Position numbers and translations under genes: made by a program. DNA of 64,000 bases from an uncultured Pseudomonadota bacterium. Lineage in GTDB: Bacteria > Myxococcota_A > UBA796 > SXON01. The notes below the pieces were generated by a model. The model had not been told where the DNA came from and did no database searches. It saw only the letters and a list, made by a program, of their open reading frames with translations. The stretch is from the NCBI GenBank assembly GCA_903844155.1, contig CAIMSU010000113.1, positions 96,361 to 160,360 of the forward strand. Reading direction: 5' to 3'. Of this stretch, positions 55,073 through 64,000 are shown piece by piece; position 1 is the first letter of the stretch; every line of letters begins with the position of its first letter.

Positions 55073-56772
55073 ACCCGATTTCCGAGCTGCATCCTCAAGA
55101 TGTCCAGCTTCGCCAGTACGTCCGGGGTGGCGAGCGAGGCGAACCGCTCGGGCAGCATCCGCCGCGCAGAGCTCTCGAACACCGCCAGCATTTCCATGTA
55201 CTCCAGCATCCGCACGTCGCGGCTGGGGATGGTGTCGGCCGAGGCACGGGCGAGATCCTCGGCGCCGATGTGGGTGCGGGCGTCCCAGGCGGCGAAATTC
55301 GTTGCGGCGAGCACGACCGCCTCGATCTCCGCGGCGGAGTAGCCTTTCACCGCCTCGACCACGCCCAGCAGGTCGACGCCGTCGGCCATCGGCAACTCCG
55401 AGCGCCGCAGCACGGCACGGATCACGGCCTCGCGCTCCGCGGCATCCTCCGGGTAGAAGAAGGGGATCTTCAGATCGAAGCGACCGGGGCGCTTCAGGTC
55501 CGTGTCGAGCTTGTCCGGCCGGTTCGTCATCATCAGGATGATGATCCGGCCACGGTGGCTTGTGTCCGACATGAACTCCTTCAACCGGGCGATCACGCGG
55601 CTGCCTGTGCCGCCGTCGCCGTCGCCCCCGCCGGCCAACGAGCGGTCGGCCTCGTCGATGATGAGGAGGACGTAGCCCAACCCCTCCACCACCCGAAGGA
55701 TTTTCTCGAGGTTTCCCTCGGTCGAACCGACCCACTTCTCCCGGAAGTTCTTGAACTTCAGGCAGGTCAGCCCGCTCTCCTTCGCAAACGCCTCGGCGAG
55801 GAACGTCTTGCCCGTGCCCATCGGCCCGACAAAGATGGCGCCCATCGGCACGCGCCCGCGCTGGTTCTGCTTGATCGCCTCGGCAACGCGCAGGAGCTGC
55901 TCCTTCACGGCACCCATCCCGCCGACCCCGCCAAAATCGTGCTTCGGGTCGACGAACTCGACGAGCCCGTGGCACTCCTGCTCGATGATCGCCTTCTTCT
56001 TGCGGTTCACGGACGCAAAGTCGACCTTCTCGCCGGACTGCCGGGCCTGGCGCAGGAAGCCGCGAATCTGGACGAGGGTGAGGCCCGCGGTCACCTGGCC
56101 GAGCTGGAGCTCGGTGATGCCGAGCGTGATGCCTCGCTGATCCTGGAGGCGGATGAACTGCGAGCGCTCGTCCTGGGCGGGAAGCGGGACTTCCAGGACC
56201 GCGAGGTTGGACGACGCGACGAGGCGGCGGTGGACGTCCGAGAGGTTCTCGGTGACGAAGATGACGAGGTTGTCGGACGACGTCAGCCCGGGGTCCGCGC
56301 CGAGGCGAAGCAGCGTGACGAGGTTCTGCTTGTCCTGCTCGCCCATGAACGAGATCTCGCCGTTCGGCACGATCATCTCGATGAAGTCGACGACGACGGC
56401 GGCGCGCTGCGAGGGGTCGGTGACCAGATCCTCGATGAGGCCAAGCACGCCCGACGGGCTCTTCGGCAGCTCGGTCACCGGGTCGCGGCCGTCGAGCAGG
56501 CGACGAGCGCTCACGCCGCGCTTGAACGTGGCCAACTGCGCGGCGTTCGCGAACTCCACCCCCTCGGACACGTTGTAGTACAGCACCATGTCCTTGTTTC
56601 GACCAAGGAATTTCGTCAGGAACTCCCGCAGCGCCACGTAGCGGATGGTGCCATCGGCGTCCGTCCACGGCTGCACGTCCCGAACGTTCCCGTGGATGAG
56701 GAAAACGCTGGATTCACCAGCGAGATAGCGGGCGCGCAGGCCTTCGGCCCAGCGGGGGAGGATTGGTTCCAT
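55069..56772 (-). CDS. AAA+ ATPase (classic clade) with degenerate N-terminal ATPase-like domain and one active AAA module
   Basis: Walker A GPMGTGKT; Walker [10 protein letters not shown]; sensor-1 MMTNRPD; second region of homology with RPGRFD. The N-terminal ~250 aa have an AAA-like layout, but [12 protein letters not shown] replaces the P-loop and [11 protein letters not shown] replaces Walker B. Confidence 0.85.
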   Translation of the reverse strand: MEPILPRWAEGLRARYLAGESSVFLIHGNVRDVQPWTDADGTIRYVALREFLTKFLGRNKDMVLYYNVSEGVEFANAAQLATFKRGVSARRLLDGRDPVTELPKSPSGVLGLIEDLVTDPSQRAAVVVDFIEMIVPNGEISFMGEQDKQNLVTLLRLGADPGLTSSDNLVIFVTENLSDVHRRLVASSNLAVLEVPLPAQDERSQFIRLQDQRGITLGITELQLGQVTAGLTLVQIRGFLRQARQSGEKVDFASVNRKKKAIIEQECHGLVEFVDPKHDFGGVGGMGAVKEQLLRVAEAIKQNQRGRVPMGAIFVGPMGTGKTFLAEAFAKESGLTCLKFKNFREKWVGSTEGNLEKILRVVEGLGYVLLIIDEADRSLAGGGDGDGGTGSRVIARLKEFMSDTSHRGRIIILMMTNRPDKLDTDLKRPGRFDLKIPFFYPEDAAEREAVIRAVLRRSELPMADGVDLLGVVEAVKGYSAAEIEAVVLAATNFAAWDARTHIGAEDLARASADTIPSRDVRMLEYMEMLAVFESSARRMLPERFASLATPDVLAKLDILRMQLGNRV

Positions 56773-56836
56773 CGGGGGCGGGTAACCGGAAACGCGTCAG
56801 TTCGGGGCGCGGGGGAAGCGTTCGAACGTCACGCCC

Positions 56837-57580
56837 CTACTTCTTGCTGCGGGCCACGGTTTTCACCCGTTCCGCCAGCTCGTCGAGGCGGCGCCCGAGG
56901 TCCTCGACGGCCTTTGGGTCCACGCTCGCCTTCCCTGGGCGCACGCCCTCGATCCGTTCGAGGCGCTCGATGATGTCGATGAGATCGCCGTCGGGGCCGA
57001 CGACGTCCTCGACCTCGTCTTCCAGGCGTGTCACCCGGCCTTCGGTCCCGTCCAGGCGCGTGACCCGCGTGTCGAGCGATGTGGCGCGGCTGATGATTCC
57101 GGCGAGCACGCCTTTGCCCTGCTCGATCCGCTTCAGTCGGCGGTTCAGGTTGGTCTCGCGGCGCGCAGAGCGGACCAGCAGCGCCTCCAGGTCGTTCACC
57201 CTCGCGGTGAGCGCCGTGAGCTGCTCATAGACCCGGACGGCGTGCCCGAGCAGGGGAACGCGCGCGGAGAGGACGTCGAGGTTGTCGCCCAGGCCGGTGG
57301 CCGACAGCCAGCGGGGGGTGCCGTCAAAAAGCCCCGCCGGGACCGGTTCACGTTCGCCAAGGACGACGCCGAAGAACCCGCCGACGGCGACGGGGACGTC
57401 GTCGTGGGCCTCCGACCACAGCGCAACCGAGTCGTCGCGCCCGGCGTGCAACGCGATGCGGAGGTCGTAGAGTCCGGGGTCCGCGGTGCGCTCGATGCGC
57501 CGACCCTGGGCGGTTCGCACGGGCTCGACACTGCTGCCGACCCGGAACAGGCGCCCGTGGAACTCGATCAGGGAGGCCAA
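56837..57580 (-). CDS. Hypothetical protein: N-terminal beta-rich domain + ~125-aa coiled coil
   Basis: TTG start preceded by GAGGAG. N-terminal LYDLRIALHAGRDDSVALWSEAHDDVPVAVGGFFGVVLGEREPVPAGLFDG..WLS. C-terminal heptad-rich part with the direct repeat TRVTRLDGTEGRVTRLEDEVEDV. No signal peptide. Confidence 0.7.
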   Translation of the reverse strand: MASLIEFHGRLFRVGSSVEPVRTAQGRRIERTADPGLYDLRIALHAGRDDSVALWSEAHDDVPVAVGGFFGVVLGEREPVPAGLFDGTPRWLSATGLGDNLDVLSARVPLLGHAVRVYEQLTALTARVNDLEALLVRSARRETNLNRRLKRIEQGKGVLAGIISRATSLDTRVTRLDGTEGRVTRLEDEVEDVVGPDGDLIDIIERLERIEGVRPGKASVDPKAVEDLGRRLDELAERVKTVARSKK

Positions 57581-57862
57581 GCCGGCTCCTCGCTTGGCGC
57601 AGCATACATCCGGGTGGCGATTGCCTGGGCGGTTGCAGCGGCCGGAACGATAGAATCATGTTTTAACGCTCCATAAAGAGCGGTCCGTCCGACGACCGAG
57701 CACGGGTCCGGCGCGCGTGCGCGGCGCGCGGCACCTTGTCCATCGTCGGGCGGTGGCTATTTGTGCGGCGCCTCGGTCCGCCCGAAACGGATCGTTGCAC
57801 GTCGAGACCGCTCGTGTCGGGCCAGCCGCCGGGAGCGATCTTAGGAAGGACCCGGAGCGATC

Positions 57863-58120
57863 ATGAAGCGAATTACCCGCACCGTCACCCGGAAGGTCAC
57901 TGAAAGCATCACGTCGGGTACCCGATCGGTGCTTCAGTACAGCGCGTCTCCGGTCATGCTCGCGGTCGCGCTCGGGCTGCTCGGTCCGGCGGCCCTGAAC
58001 GACGACGAAGATGACGCAGCCGCCCTCGTGGCCCCAGCGCCAGCCCCGACCGCGACGCCGGATTCGGCTCCTGACGCGGCCCGATCGGACACGGACGCGC
58101 CCACCGCCAACGCGCGCTGA
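57863..58120 (+). CDS. Small hypothetical protein (one hydrophobic helix, acidic Ala/Pro-rich tail)
   Basis: ATG preceded by AGGAAGGA. MKRITRTVTRKV...SPVMLAVALGLLGPAAL, then NDDEDDAAALVAPAPAPTATPD. 85 aa. Coding status is uncertain. Confidence 0.4.
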   Translation: MKRITRTVTRKVTESITSGTRSVLQYSASPVMLAVALGLLGPAALNDDEDDAAALVAPAPAPTATPDSAPDAARSDTDAPTANAR

Positions 58121-58148
58121 CCCGCGGCCCGCGCGCTACGTGGGTGCG

Positions 58149-58928
58149 ATGACCCACCCCCTTCGAGCAGCCGTCGAGCGCGGCGACCAGGATGCCATCT
58201 ACGCGGCGATGGCCCTGTTGGACAGCGGCGAATTGCGCGTAGCCAGCCACATCGACGGCCAGTGGGTGACCCACGCCTGGGTCAAGGCGGCGATCCTCGG
58301 GTATTTTCGCCTGCAGCAGATGGCGCGAATCGAGGTTGGTCCGTTCCATTTCCACGACAAGATCCCGCTCAAATCGGACGCGCCGGGGGTGCGCATCGTG
58401 CCGCCGGGCGTGCTTCGGTACGGCTCCTTTGTCGAACCGGGCGCGATCATCATGCCCGCGTACGTGAACATTGGCGCGCGGGTGGGGGCGGGCACGATGG
58501 TGGACACCTGGGCGACGGTCGGGAGCTGCGCGCAGATCGGGCGGAACGTCCATCTGTCCGGTGGCGTGGGGATCGGCGGGGTGCTGGAGCCGCCGGGGGC
58601 GAGGCCGGTGATCATCGAGGATGGCGCGTTCATCGGGAGCCGGGCGATCGTGGTCGAGGGCGTGGTGGTCGAGAAGGAGGCGGTGATCGGGGCGAACGTC
58701 GTGTTGACGGCGTCGACGGCGATCCTGGATGTGACCGGGCCGGAGGAAGTGCGGTACACGGGGCGGGTGCCAGCCGGGAGCGTGGTGATTCCGGGCGTTC
58801 GTCAAAAGACATTCGCGGCGGGGACGTACGGGGTGCCCTGCGCGCTCATCATCGGGAAGCGGCAGGCGTCGACGGAGCTGAAGACGTCGCTGAATGCGGC
58901 GCTTCGGGAGTTTGATGTCGCCGTCTGA
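58149..58928 (+). CDS. dapD: 2,3,4,5-tetrahydropyridine-2,6-dicarboxylate N-succinyltransferase
   Basis: ORF trimmed to ATG 58149. ALLDSGELRVASHIDGQWVTHAWVKAAILGYFR parallels E. coli DapD. Hexapeptide-repeat C-terminal half. Confidence 0.92.
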   Translation: MTHPLRAAVERGDQDAIYAAMALLDSGELRVASHIDGQWVTHAWVKAAILGYFRLQQMARIEVGPFHFHDKIPLKSDAPGVRIVPPGVLRYGSFVEPGAIIMPAYVNIGARVGAGTMVDTWATVGSCAQIGRNVHLSGGVGIGGVLEPPGARPVIIEDGAFIGSRAIVVEGVVVEKEAVIGANVVLTASTAILDVTGPEEVRYTGRVPAGSVVIPGVRQKTFAAGTYGVPCALIIGKRQASTELKTSLNAALREFDVAV

Positions 58929-60036
58929 CCCGGTCGACGCGGGCATCGGGGCCGCGCTGGTCGCGGAGACGGTGCGGCTCTGCAGCATCGCGTCGGTGAC
59001 GGGCGACGAAGCCGCATGCGCCGCCCATGTGGAAACGGAGCTTCGAAAGACGGCATTGACGGTCACGCGGGTCGGGGAGACGATCCTCGCCCGGAGCCCG
59101 GAATTGGCCGACGATCCGCGCCCGCTCGTGCTTTTCGTGGGTCACACCGACACCGTGCCGCCGAAGCCGGGGGACGGGCCGGTGCGCGTCGAGACGATGG
59201 GGACCGGTGAGCGGATCATCGGGCTTGGTGCCAGCGACATGAAGAGCGGCCTCGCGGTGATGCTGGCGTTGGCGCGGGGGATTGTGCCCGGTGCCGGGCT
59301 GTACCGCGTCGGCTTCGTGTTCTACGACAAGGAGGAGGGGCCGTGGGCGATCTCCGGGCTTGGACCGGCGTTGGAACAGGTGAGTTGGCTCTCGGAGGCC
59401 GCGCTGGCGTTCTGCCTGGAGCCGAGCGACAACGTCGTACAGGTCGGTTGCCTCGGGAGCCTGCACGCGAAGGTCACGATCTACGGGCGCGCAGCGCACT
59501 CCGCGAGGCCCTGGCAAGGCGAGAACGCCATCCACCTCGCGGGGCCGCTGCTGACCGCGCTTGCCGCCCGGAAACCGACGGATCACCTGTTCGGCGGCCA
59601 CGTTTTTCGCGAGGTGATCTCGGCCACGCTTGCGAGCGGGGGCAAGACGCGCAACGTGATCCCGGACCGTTTTGAGCTGAACCTCAACTTCCGCTTCGCG
59701 CCCGGCCGCTCCATCGACAGCGCCGAGGCCGAGCTGACCGATCTCGTGCGCCGTCACGTGCCCGGCGACGTGACGCTGGAGTACGCCGAGCGGGCGCCGT
59801 CCGGTCGGGTGGTCACCGACAATGCGCTGCTGCAGCGGTTCCTGGCGCTGAACGGCAACGCCGTGACCGCGAAGCAGGCGTGGACGGACGTCGCGCGACT
59901 CGGTCAGGCGGGCATCGACGCGGTGAACCTCGGGCCGGGCGAAAGCGCCCAGGCGCACCAGGCGGGGGAGAGCACGGCGGTGGCGTTGATTGTGGAGAGT
60001 TATCGGCAGTTTGAGCGGTTTCTGGCGGATGGGTAG
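58915..60036 (+). CDS. dapE: Succinyl-diaminopimelate desuccinylase (M20 peptidase family)
   Basis: ATG 58915 overlaps the dapD end by 14 nt. M20 motifs GHTDTVP, GASDMKSG, GPGESAQAHQAGE. The dapD-dapE adjacency supports the assignment. Confidence 0.8.
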   Translation: MSPSDPVDAGIGAALVAETVRLCSIASVTGDEAACAAHVETELRKTALTVTRVGETILARSPELADDPRPLVLFVGHTDTVPPKPGDGPVRVETMGTGERIIGLGASDMKSGLAVMLALARGIVPGAGLYRVGFVFYDKEEGPWAISGLGPALEQVSWLSEAALAFCLEPSDNVVQVGCLGSLHAKVTIYGRAAHSARPWQGENAIHLAGPLLTALAARKPTDHLFGGHVFREVISATLASGGKTRNVIPDRFELNLNFRFAPGRSIDSAEAELTDLVRRHVPGDVTLEYAERAPSGRVVTDNALLQRFLALNGNAVTAKQAWTDVARLGQAGIDAVNLGPGESAQAHQAGESTAVALIVESYRQFERFLADG

Positions 60037-60044
60037 GGCGGCCA

Positions 60045-60362
60045 GAAATGCGGAGAGGAGCATATGAAACCGCCAAGGCGCCAAGCCGCCAAGGAAAGGT
60101 AGGAAGAAGGAGGGAAAGGCCAAGCCGCCCTGCGGCCACCTGGCGATCTCGCGCTGGCGTGGGGCTGCGCCTTCGCGTGGCGTGGCTCTGGTTCTCCTTG
60201 GCGGCCTTGGCGTCTTGATGTTCTTCCTTGGCGGTAAATTCTTCGCCTCGCCTCTCCCCCAAGCCTCGGTAGCGCACAGCTTGCCCAAACGGCGGCGGCG
60301 AGCCGGGTCTTCCGTTACAATCTTCATCCCGCATTTCGTATCAGCGTGATACGAAATGCGGG
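60045..60362. repeat. Lower-GC intergenic repeat-rich element (CCGCCAAGG inverted repeats; GAAATGCGG present three times)
   Basis: accgccaaggcgccaagccgccaagg (60069..60094) pairs with ccttggcggccttggcg...ccttggcggt (60196..60237). GAAATGCGG occurs at 60045 and 60353 (forward) and at 60330 (reverse). Confidence 0.45.
60328..60362. terminator. Perfect hairpin: 16-bp stem, 3-nt loop
   Basis: cccgcatttcgtatca-gcg-tgatacgaaatgcggg. It lies 22 nt downstream of the stop of minus-strand gene 60385..60855. No U-tract on either strand, so terminator function is uncertain. Confidence 0.4.
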
Positions 60363-60384
60363 AGGAGGATTGTGACAGGGGTGG

Positions 60385-60855
60385 TCACCCGCCGCAGGGT
60401 GACCCTCGGGGTCGCGAGTTCTCACGCCAGCCCGGATGCGTGGCACTCCCGAGGCACACCCGGGCAAAATCCTGACACGGATGTCCGCAGCCGGAGAGGA
60501 ATTCGGCCGTATCGCGGGTCGAGGTGGCGTCGTCGCAGACCCAGACGGAGTCCTCGCGGTGCAGCATCAAGCGGAAACGGACGTCGTCGTGCCCCTCGTA
60601 CTCCTCGTTCGAGTAGAAGTCATCGTGCCATGCCCCGGTCACGATGGCGTCGGAGTCGGAGGTCATCTCCACGCGATCCAGCGTGCACGCAAGATCGTGT
60701 TCCTGCTGCGGATCGTCCCATCCGAACATCGTCGTGTCCTCCGCTCGCTTGTGGAGCTGGAATTCGACCTTGAGCTCCATGTCCAGAGAGCCCTCGCGGG
60801 CTGCGAGGGGCTCCGGCGGGCTGAAGCAGGCGGTTGAGGCGAGGAAGATCAGCAC
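60385..60855 (-). CDS. Small acidic lipoprotein, unknown function
   Basis: ORF 60385..61119 trimmed to GTG 60855 ((M)LIFLASTAC lipobox), preceded by GATACG-N8. The body is Asp/Glu/His-rich with 5 Cys. Confidence 0.55.
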   Translation of the reverse strand: MLIFLASTACFSPPEPLAAREGSLDMELKVEFQLHKRAEDTTMFGWDDPQQEHDLACTLDRVEMTSDSDAIVTGAWHDDFYSNEEYEGHDDVRFRLMLHREDSVWVCDDATSTRDTAEFLSGCGHPCQDFARVCLGSATHPGWRENSRPRGSPCGG

Positions 60856-60863
60856 GGAGCCGC

Positions 60864-60869
60864 CGTATC
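60864..60869 (-). promoter_or_regulatory. GATACG box 8 nt upstream of GTG 60855 (TA at -12/-11)
   Basis: The minus strand reads cgcGATACGgcggctccGTG, with no Shine-Dalgarno. Confidence 0.3.
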
Positions 60870-61128
60870 GCGGGCGGGGTGGGCCGCGCGCCGGACGCGC
60901 CCCCGACTTGAGCGGCGTCCCACCGCTGCCGCCTGGATCGGCTCCGGGGGTTGCGAGCCGCCCAAAGGATGCGGACGACCCCGCGCCGGGGTGACCTCTG
61001 CCGCCTGCACTACGGAACGCGGGGGTACGGTGCGGGCGATCCGGGCGAAGGCGCAGGTCCGGTGATAAACGTGCGTCCCTGCCAGCCGCCGGGCCCCCGG
61101 CGACGTCTCGTCCGCTCAAAGGATCGCC

Positions 61129-62985
61129 ATGAAGCCCCTCCAGTCCGTAGACGACGTCGTCATCCGCTTTGCCGGCGACTCCGGCGACGGCATGCAGGTC
61201 ACCGGAAGCCAGTTCACGAACACGACCGCGCTGGCCGGGAACGACCTGTCGACATTCCCGGACTTCCCCGCCGAGATTCGCGCACCCGCCGGCACGCTCG
61301 CGGGCGTTTCGGGGTTCCAGATCCGGTTCTCGTCATCGGACATCTTCACGCCCGGCGATGCGCCGGAGGTGCTGTTCGCGATGAACCCGGCGGCGCTCAA
61401 GGCGAACATCGCGGATCTCAAGAAGGGCGGGATGCTCGTGGTGAACCAGGAGAAGTTCACGCAGAAGGACTTTGAGAAGGCCGGGTTGACGACGAATCCG
61501 CTGGATGACGGAACGGTGGATGAGTACCGGGTCGTCAAGGTCGACATGGCGAGGATGACGAAGGAGGCGATCGAGGGGCTCGGGCTCGGGACGAAAGAGG
61601 TGGATCGAACGAAGAACTTCTTCGCGCTGGGGATGGCGTACTGGCTCTACAACCGCGACACTTCCTCGACCGAGGCGTGGATCCAGACCAAGTTCAAGCA
61701 GCCTTTTGTCGAGGCGAACCTTCGGGCGATGCGCGCGGGGCACGCGTTCGCGGAGACGGTGGAGCTGTTCGAGACGCGGTTTGAGGTGCCGAAGGCGAAC
61801 TTGCCGCCGGGAACCTACCGGAACATCCTTGGCAACCAGGCGTTGTCGATCGGGCTCGTCGTCGGCGCGCAGAAGGCGGGAGTGCCGTTGTTCCTCGGGA
61901 GTTACCCGATCACGCCGGCGTCGGACATCCTCCACCAGCTCTCCGGGTACAAGCAGTACGGGGTCACGACGTTTCAGGCTGAGGACGAGATCGCGGCGAT
62001 CGGCGCTGCCATCGGCGCGAGTTTTGGTGGTTCGATGGGGATTTGCACGACGTCGGGGCCGGGCATGGCGCTGAAGGCGGAGGCGATCGGCCTCGCCGTG
62101 ATGACCGAGCTGCCGCTTGTGATCATCGACGTCCAACGCGGTGGACCGTCCACCGGCCTGCCGACGAAGACGGAGCAGTCCGACCTGATGCAGGCGATGT
62201 ACGGGCGCAATGGCGAGGCGCCGGTCGCGGTCATCGCGGCCTCGTCGCCGACGGACTGCTTCGAGGTGGCCGTCGAGGCGATCCGCGCGGCCACGACGCA
62301 CATGTGCCCGGTCATCCTTTTGACGGACGGGTACCTCGCGAACGGGTCGGAGCCATGGAAGGTGCCGAACGTGGATGAGATCCCGGACTTCAAGGTGAAC
62401 TTTCGGACGGAGGCGGAGGGGTTCAAGGCCTATCTGCGGGATGCGCAGACGCTCTCGCGGCCATGGGTCAAACCGGGGACGCCCGGTCTGGAGCACCGCA
62501 TCGGCGGCATCGAAAAGGCGGAGGGCACGGGGAACGTGTCCTACGATCCCAAGAACCACGAGCTCATGGTGCACCTGCGCGCCGAGAAGATCGCGAGGAT
62601 TGAGGTGCCGGATCTGGAGGTCATCGGCGATCCCGGGGAGCTGCTGCTCATCGGGTGGGGGTCGACGGCCGGTGCGATCCGGAGCGGCGTCGAGATGGCG
62701 CGGTCGCGCGGCTACAAGGTCGCGTACACGCACATGCGCTGGATGAACCCGATGCCGAAGAACATGGCGTCCGTCCTGCGCTCCTTCCGGAAGGTGCTCG
62801 TCCCGGAGATGAACATGGGACAGCTCGCCCGCATCCTGCGCGCCGAGACGCTCGTGGACTGCATTTCGGTCAGCAAGGTGCAGGGCCAGGCGTTCCGCGT
62901 CGGCGAGATCGTGGACGTCATCGTGAAACACTCTGGGGGCCGCGCCACGAGCGTGCCCGAACGCAACATGAGGACGGAAGCATGA
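61129..62985 (+). CDS. korA: 2-oxoglutarate/2-oxoacid:ferredoxin oxidoreductase, alpha subunit
   Basis: AAGGA Shine-Dalgarno. VVIRFAGDSGDGMQVTGSQFTNT N-terminus. GSYPITPASD and GGPSTGLPTKTEQSDL motifs. 618 aa. Confidence 0.9.
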   Translation: MKPLQSVDDVVIRFAGDSGDGMQVTGSQFTNTTALAGNDLSTFPDFPAEIRAPAGTLAGVSGFQIRFSSSDIFTPGDAPEVLFAMNPAALKANIADLKKGGMLVVNQEKFTQKDFEKAGLTTNPLDDGTVDEYRVVKVDMARMTKEAIEGLGLGTKEVDRTKNFFALGMAYWLYNRDTSSTEAWIQTKFKQPFVEANLRAMRAGHAFAETVELFETRFEVPKANLPPGTYRNILGNQALSIGLVVGAQKAGVPLFLGSYPITPASDILHQLSGYKQYGVTTFQAEDEIAAIGAAIGASFGGSMGICTTSGPGMALKAEAIGLAVMTELPLVIIDVQRGGPSTGLPTKTEQSDLMQAMYGRNGEAPVAVIAASSPTDCFEVAVEAIRAATTHMCPVILLTDGYLANGSEPWKVPNVDEIPDFKVNFRTEAEGFKAYLRDAQTLSRPWVKPGTPGLEHRIGGIEKAEGTGNVSYDPKNHELMVHLRAEKIARIEVPDLEVIGDPGELLLIGWGSTAGAIRSGVEMARSRGYKVAYTHMRWMNPMPKNMASVLRSFRKVLVPEMNMGQLARILRAETLVDCISVSKVQGQAFRVGEIVDVIVKHSGGRATSVPERNMRTEA

Positions 62986-64000
62986 GCAACGAACCCGGCC
63001 AGACCCTCGTTCCGAGGCCGACTCTCTCGAAAAAAGACTACATGTCCGACCAGATCATCCGCTGGTGCCCGGGGTGCGGCGACTACGCCATCCTCGCGCA
63101 GGCCCAGACGGTGTTCGCGGAGCTGCAGATCCCCCGCGAGGAGCTGGTGATCGTGTCGGGGATCGGCTGCTCGTCACGCTTTCCGTACTACGTGTCGAGC
63201 TACGGCTTCCACACGATCCACGGCCGCGCGCCCACGATCGCGACGGGACTCAAGGTCTCCCGCCCCGAATTGTCCGTCTGGGTGGTGACGGGCGACGGCG
63301 ACTCGCTCTCCATCGGTGGCAACCACACCGCGCACATGCTGCGGCGCAACGTGGACCTGCAGGTCCTGCTCATCAACAATCGCATCTATGGCCTGACGAA
63401 AGGGCAGTATTCGCCGACGTCCGAGGAGGGCAAGAAGACGAAGTCGACGCCCTTCGGCTCCGTCGACCACCCGATGATGCCGCTCGCGTTCGCGCTCGGC
63501 TGCGATGCCAGCTTCGTCGCCCGCTCCGTGGACATCTTCACGGTCCAGCAGCGCGACGTGCTGAAGGCGGCGTACCACCATCGTGGGACCTCGTTCGTCG
63601 AGATCTACCAGAACTGCAACATCTTCAACGACGGCGCCTGGGACCAACTCGTCGACAAGCAGGTGCGTGAGGAGCGCTGCTTGTTCCTGGAGAACGGAAA
63701 GCCGATGGTGTTTGCGGGCGGGACGAAGGGGATCAAGCTCAACGGCTTGCGGCCGACCGTGGTGACGCTCGGCGAGCAACCCGACGGTCGGACGATCACT
63801 GCCGATGACTGCCTCGTGCATGACGAGACCGACCCCTTCCTCGGCGCCATCCTCGCGCGCATGGACTACCCGGAATTTCCGGTTCCGATGGGCGTCATCC
63901 ACCGGAAGGAGCGCCCGACGTTCGATGGGCAGATGAACGCGCAGATGGAGGCGGTCGTCGCGCAGAAAGGCCCGGGGAACCTGCAGGGGTTGGTGACGGG
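62982..64000 (+). CDS. korB: 2-oxoglutarate/2-oxoacid:ferredoxin oxidoreductase, beta subunit (3' end outside window)
   Basis: ATGA overlap with korA. My own translation gives MSNEPGQTLVPRPT...IRWCPGCGDYAIL...GIGCSSRFPYY...VVTGDGDSLSIGGNH (TPP-binding motif). The frame stays open to base 64000 and is absent from the ORF track because it has no stop. Confidence 0.9.
   Translation, partial: MSNEPGQTLVPRPTLSKKDYMSDQIIRWCPGCGDYAILAQAQTVFAELQIPREELVIVSGIGCSSRFPYYVSSYGFHTIHGRAPTIATGLKVSRPELSVWVVTGDGDSLSIGGNHTAHMLRRNVDLQVLLINNRIYGLTKGQYSPTSEEGKKTKSTPFGSVDHPMMPLAFALGCDASFVARSVDIFTVQQRDVLKAAYHHRGTSFVEIYQNCNIFNDGAWDQLVDKQVREERCLFLENGKPMVFAGGTKGIKLNGLRPTVVTLGEQPDGRTITADDCLVHDETDPFLGAILARMDYPEFPVPMGVIHRKERPTFDGQMNAQMEAVVAQKGPGNLQGLVT

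Noticed and set aside
60064-60102. 12-codon ORF MKPPRRQAAKER with a strong GGAGAGGAG Shine-Dalgarno 3 nt upstream.
   Set aside because: It lies entirely inside the CCGCCAAGG repeat arm, so its peptide is just a translation of the repeat. The SD spacing is too short. It is kept only as part of the intergenic-element finding.

Overview
High-GC (roughly 70% by eye) bacterial chromosomal segment. It is densely coding: about 52 protein genes on both strands, many translationally coupled through ATGA/GTGA/TTGA/TGATG overlaps. I found no rRNA, tRNA, CRISPR array, transposase or integrase. Most long ORFs in the six-frame track that lie opposite the genes listed here are Arg/Pro/Gly-rich shadow ORFs typical of high-GC DNA. 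Lineage inference: Myxococcota-like. The support is a MYXO-CTERM-type sorting tail, an Oar-like TonB-dependent receptor, many FG-GAP and MopE-like Cys/Asp-rich lipoproteins, and a eukaryotic-like kinase homologue. Confident housekeeping genes are htpG, purF, msrA, tmk, lipB, a class A PBP, maf, dapD-dapE and korA-korB. Between them lie accessory blocks. (1) An Oar-like receptor plus a PPC-domain lipoprotein. (2) A membrane pseudokinase with a PVSRP repeat tract. (3) A two-gene minimal-nucleotidyltransferase module. (4) A starch locus: GH13 lipoprotein, beta-barrel, GH15 with MYXO-CTERM tail. (5) An FG-GAP/MopE lipoprotein neighbourhood. (6) A seven-gene minus-strand operon headed by two tandem paralogous zinc-ribbon/TM/MopE-like mini-proteins. 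(7) An orphan radical SAM/SPASM enzyme. (8) A two-gene module: a beta-rich/coiled-coil protein plus an AAA+ ATPase with a degenerate first ATPase domain. (9) A roughly 320-bp lower-GC intergenic repeat element. A window-wide signal is a GATA/TA box fixed at -12/-11 from many start codons with no Shine-Dalgarno, which suggests extended -10 promoters driving leaderless mRNAs. All family assignments come from motif reading by eye; no database search was possible.
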